From: an uncultured Planctomycetota bacterium
Lineage (GTDB): Bacteria; Planctomycetota; Planctomycetia; Isosphaerales; Isosphaeraceae
DNA: 64,000 nt
Direction of reading: 5' to 3'
NCBI GenBank assembly: GCA_963737655.1
Contig: CAVTTN010000002.1
Coordinates: 1,056,001 to 1,120,000 of the forward strand
Notes under the pieces: model-generated
What the model saw: the letters and a program-made list of their open reading frames with translations, nothing else
Told to the model about the DNA's origin: nothing
The model's database searches: none
Position numbers and translations under genes: made by a program
Shown here: one piece after another, positions 61,807 to 64,000 of the stretch
Layout of the letters: every line of letters starts with the position of its first letter
Numbering within the stretch: position 1 is the first letter of the stretch

Positions 61807-62145
61807 ATGCATCAGATCGTCCTCCTGACCGCGATGACCGCCACCTCGGGCCTCTTCGGCGGCGGCCGGGCCTGCAAGTCCGGCCACTGCGGCTCCTACG
61901 CCGCCGCGCCCGCGGCCTACGCCCCGGCCGCCCCGTGCGCCTCGGGCCGGTGCGGCTCGGGCTACTCTTACGCCCCTTACGCCCAGCCGATGACGTATGG
62001 CTACGCCCCGACGCACGCTTACGCCCCGGCCCCGGCGTATAGCTACGCCCCGACCCCGCAGGTCGCCGCCGCGCCAACCGGCTACACGTCCTACTACTAC
62101 CCCCCCGCGTCCTCCTGCGCCACCGGCAACTGCCCCCGGCGCTGA
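61807..62145 (+). CDS. Small Tyr/Ala/Pro-rich protein with three CxxGxC motifs (112 aa)
   Basis: MHQIVLLTAMTATSGLFGGG, CKSGHC, CASGRC, CATGNC; strong C-ending codon bias. Confidence 0.8.
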   Translation: MHQIVLLTAMTATSGLFGGGRACKSGHCGSYAAAPAAYAPAAPCASGRCGSGYSYAPYAQPMTYGYAPTHAYAPAPAYSYAPTPQVAAAPTGYTSYYYPPASSCATGNCPRR

Positions 62146-62268
62146 CCGGATCTGATCTGATCGGAATCGACCAGGGGTCCGAGCGGCGGCGACTCGTCGG
62201 GCGCGGGGCTCTCCCGCCGCGCCGTCGAGGGTCACCAACCGGATCGCTCGAGTCCCTCCATCCCAAAA

Positions 62269-62309
62269 GACGAAACCCCCACGCCATGACGGCGGCCGGG
62301 GGTTTCGTC
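62269..62309 (+). terminator. Probable intrinsic terminator
   Basis: GACGAAACCCCC...GGGGGTTTCGTC stem, A-tract before and AATTTT after. Confidence 0.6.
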
Positions 62310-62388
62310 AATTTTGAGCGGCCGTCGTCCGAAGGGGACGAAAAAGGGGTCAGGGATGCTCTGGAGAGAACCCCATCGAAGCATCGAG

Positions 62389-62464
62389 ACGAGTAGGTCC
62401 GACTTCAGTCGGCCCTCCAAAGATCCCTCGTTTCGTAGGCCCGACTGAAGTCGGACCTACTCGT
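62389..62464. repeat. GTAG REP doublet, same family as 13109
   Basis: ACGAGTAGGTCCGACTTCAGTCGG...CCGACTGAAGTCGGACCTACTCGT. Confidence 0.88.
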
Positions 62465-62492
62465 TTCCTGTTCCTCAAAGGGGCTTTCTACT

Positions 62493-62705
62493 ACAGAGCA
62501 GCTCCGTCCCCTTTTCCTCGCTCCCCTTTTCCTCGCCCGATGGTATACGCCCGTGTGAAGTTCACGGGGAGGCGGCCTTCAGTGGCTCGGGAAGCTCAGA
62601 ATTCCCTCCGTCCCCTTTTCCGCCTCCTCCCCTTTTCCGCCTCTCCAGAATTCCCTCCGTCCCCTTTTCCGCCTCTCCCTGCCATTCGCTCCTGACCCCT
62701 TTTCT
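62493..62705 (+). repeat. CCCCTTTT-core repeat block, left
   Basis: Units such as AGAATTCCCTCCGTCCCCTTTTCCGCC; 62493..62624 is a 132-nt near-identical direct repeat of 63527..63658. Confidence 0.9.
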
Positions 62706-62791
62706 CCGTCCCCGCCCGACGGCAAGTCCTGGGGAGGGAGAAGGTCCGCGCCGGTTCGGCCGTCCGGGGAAAAAAAATTCACGAGGAGGCG

Positions 62792-63052
62792 TCAGGCCCT
62801 CGCCAACAGGCGCTCGTATTCCTCGTGGGGCCCGATCCAGAACCACACCAAGCCATCGGACGCGTCGGCCGCCAGAGCCCGATAACCCGACCCGGCCCGC
62901 ACCGACCACAGCCGCCCCACTCGCTTCATGTGCAGCGACGGATGCCGCGGGTCCGCCCGCAGCAGTGCATAATGACGATCCGCCACCCGCCGCACGGTCT
63001 TGGGCAGCCGCGCATAGCATAACCAGAAGTCGGTCGTGGTGTGATGATTCAC
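62792..63052 (-). CDS. RelE/ParE-like toxin
   Basis: HHTT..FW..Y..LP..VR..A...Y.LL..DPRHPSLH.K.VG..WSVR....YRAL...WFWIG.H.EY. Confidence 0.85.
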   Translation of the reverse strand: MNHHTTTDFWLCYARLPKTVRRVADRHYALLRADPRHPSLHMKRVGRLWSVRAGSGYRALAADASDGLVWFWIGPHEEYERLLARA

Positions 63053-63249
63053 AGCGGGCGGGTCCGCCCGGCTCGATGCTCCTCCAGCGCCCGGTCGATC
63101 AGGGCGTCGAGCCGGCCGGCCCGCTCGTCGCGCTCGACCTGCTCATCCCACAACCGCTCGGCGTACTCCGCCAGCCACGCCTGGACGCGGGCCACTTCAT
63201 CTGCGGAAAGATGCGCGATTGCGGTGGTGATCTCTTCGACTGTGCTCAT
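63049..63249 (-). CDS. Cognate antitoxin
   Basis: MSTVEEI..AI..LS..E....WL......WD.Q+E.D..AGRLD.L...A; GTGA overlap with the toxin. Confidence 0.85.
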   Translation of the reverse strand: MSTVEEITTAIAHLSADEVARVQAWLAEYAERLWDEQVERDERAGRLDALIDRALEEHRAGRTRPL

Positions 63250-63287
63250 CGGCGCCTCGCGTCTGGCGGGGGAACGATCCTTCGGTC

Positions 63288-63316
63288 AGCGTACCACCCG
63301 CTCCCCTCCTCGACAA
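63288..63316 (-). promoter_or_regulatory. Sigma70-type promoter of the TA pair
   Basis: TTGTCG-N17-TACGCT with TGn extension on the minus strand. Confidence 0.55.
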
Positions 63317-63343
63317 CCGATGTGAGAGCCCGGAATCGAAGAC

Positions 63344-63398
63344 GCCCAACGACAAGGTTCAGCGGCAGTACTCCGTCCACTGCAACCGTAGGTTAGGC
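63344..63398 (-). mobile_element. Integron attC-like recombination site
   Basis: Minus strand GCCTAAC-CTACG-GTTGCAGT-GGACGGAGTACTGCC-GCTGAAC-CTTGTC-GTTGGGC: RYYYAAC, 5-nt spacer, 8-nt and 7-nt L boxes, 6-nt spacer, GTTRRRY. Confidence 0.7.
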
Positions 63399-63417
63399 CA
63401 TGACAATCGTCGATTCG

Positions 63418-63722
63418 GCTCCTGACCCCTTTTCTGCCTCCATGGTATTTCCCTCCGTCCCCTTTTCCGCCCCCCCCAGAATTCCCTCCGTCCCCTTTTC
63501 CGCCCCCCGTCCCCTTTTCCGCCCCCACAGAGTAGCTCCGTCCCCTTTTCCTCGCTCCCCTTTTCCTCGCCCGATGGTATATGCCCGTGTAAAGTTCACG
63601 GGGAGACGGCCTTCCGTGGCTCGGGAAGCTCAGAATTCCCTCCGTCCCCTTTTCCGCCCCCGGGAAGCTCAGAATTCCCTCCGTCCCCTTTTCCGCCCCG
63701 TCCCCTTTTCCGCCCCTCCGTC
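63418..63722 (+). repeat. CCCCTTTT-core repeat block, right
   Basis: About nine CCCCTTTT units; begins with GCTCCTGACCCCTTTTCT, which also ends the left block (62688..62705). Confidence 0.9.
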
Positions 63723-64000
63723 CGGCCCCCACCGAGAGGCAAGGAACCACGCATACATGAAACCCGGAACGATCGATGGAAGGGCATACAGTGAGCACGA
63801 GAACGTCACAAATTTCCCAGGCGTCCCATTTGGAAGGGTTGCAAGTAGCATTGGGAAAAGGAGCAGCACGACTACCAGAGACAGTGCGATATGCTGGAAG
63901 CGGCCCAAACGCGGGGTCCATGCAAATCGATGTAATGCCATAATGATCAAGAATTCTGTACAGGCACTCATTAGAAGCGAGACAATAAAGCCTGCAATTA
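63669..64000 (-). CDS. Low-GC membrane protein, 3' part (start outside window; C-terminus runs into the repeat block)
   Basis: Open frame IAGFIVSLLMSACTEFLII...FMYAWFLASRWGPDG with hydrophobic helices; hand count gives about 49% GC over 63781..64000. Confidence 0.5.
   Translation of the reverse strand, partial: IAGFIVSLLMSACTEFLIIMALHRFAWTPRLGRFQHIALSLVVVLLLFPMLLATLPNGTPGKFVTFSCSLYALPSIVPGFMYAWFLASRWGPDGGAEKGTGRKRGRREF

Noticed and set aside
62745..62765. Second attC after the toxin (minus-strand GCCGAAC)
   Set aside because: No matching L boxes or GTTRRRY partner could be found before the repeat block.
62493..63722. CRISPR array
   Set aside because: Repeat units vary in length, abut each other without regular unique spacers, and no cas genes are present.

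Overview
High-GC chromosomal window (roughly 70% GC by eye) from a planctomycete, probably Isosphaeraceae-like. The assignment is inferred from DUF1549/DUF1553 plus DUF1501, an LEPRxLL secreted protein, Ser/Thr kinases with an ECF sigma factor, MoxR/DUF58/DUF4159 and several Uma2 genes. About 50 CDS can be supported. At least 12 otherwise intact genes carry 1-2 nt frameshifts, most likely long-read consensus errors. No rRNA, tRNA, CRISPR array, integrase or transposase was seen. Top finding: a minus-strand four-gene cluster (45027->40576) encoding a choline/ethanolamine kinase, a Plasmodium/plant-type phosphoethanolamine N-methyltransferase, an ACT-family permease and a Pcs-like CDP-alcohol phosphotransferase, which suggests a eukaryote-style phosphobase-methylation route to choline lipids in a bacterium. 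The right end holds a canonical-looking integron attC site beside a toxin-antitoxin pair and low-GC DNA, all interleaved with CCCCTTTT-core repeat blocks. Also notable: a mosaic Uma2 triplet inside moxR-DUF58, a duplicated TA pair inside DUF1553-DUF1501, four sigma54-type motifs over a stress/ATP-grasp/peptidase cluster, a candidate ~190-nt structured RNA, and at least six families of intergenic palindromes. All family assignments are by motif recognition; no searches were run.
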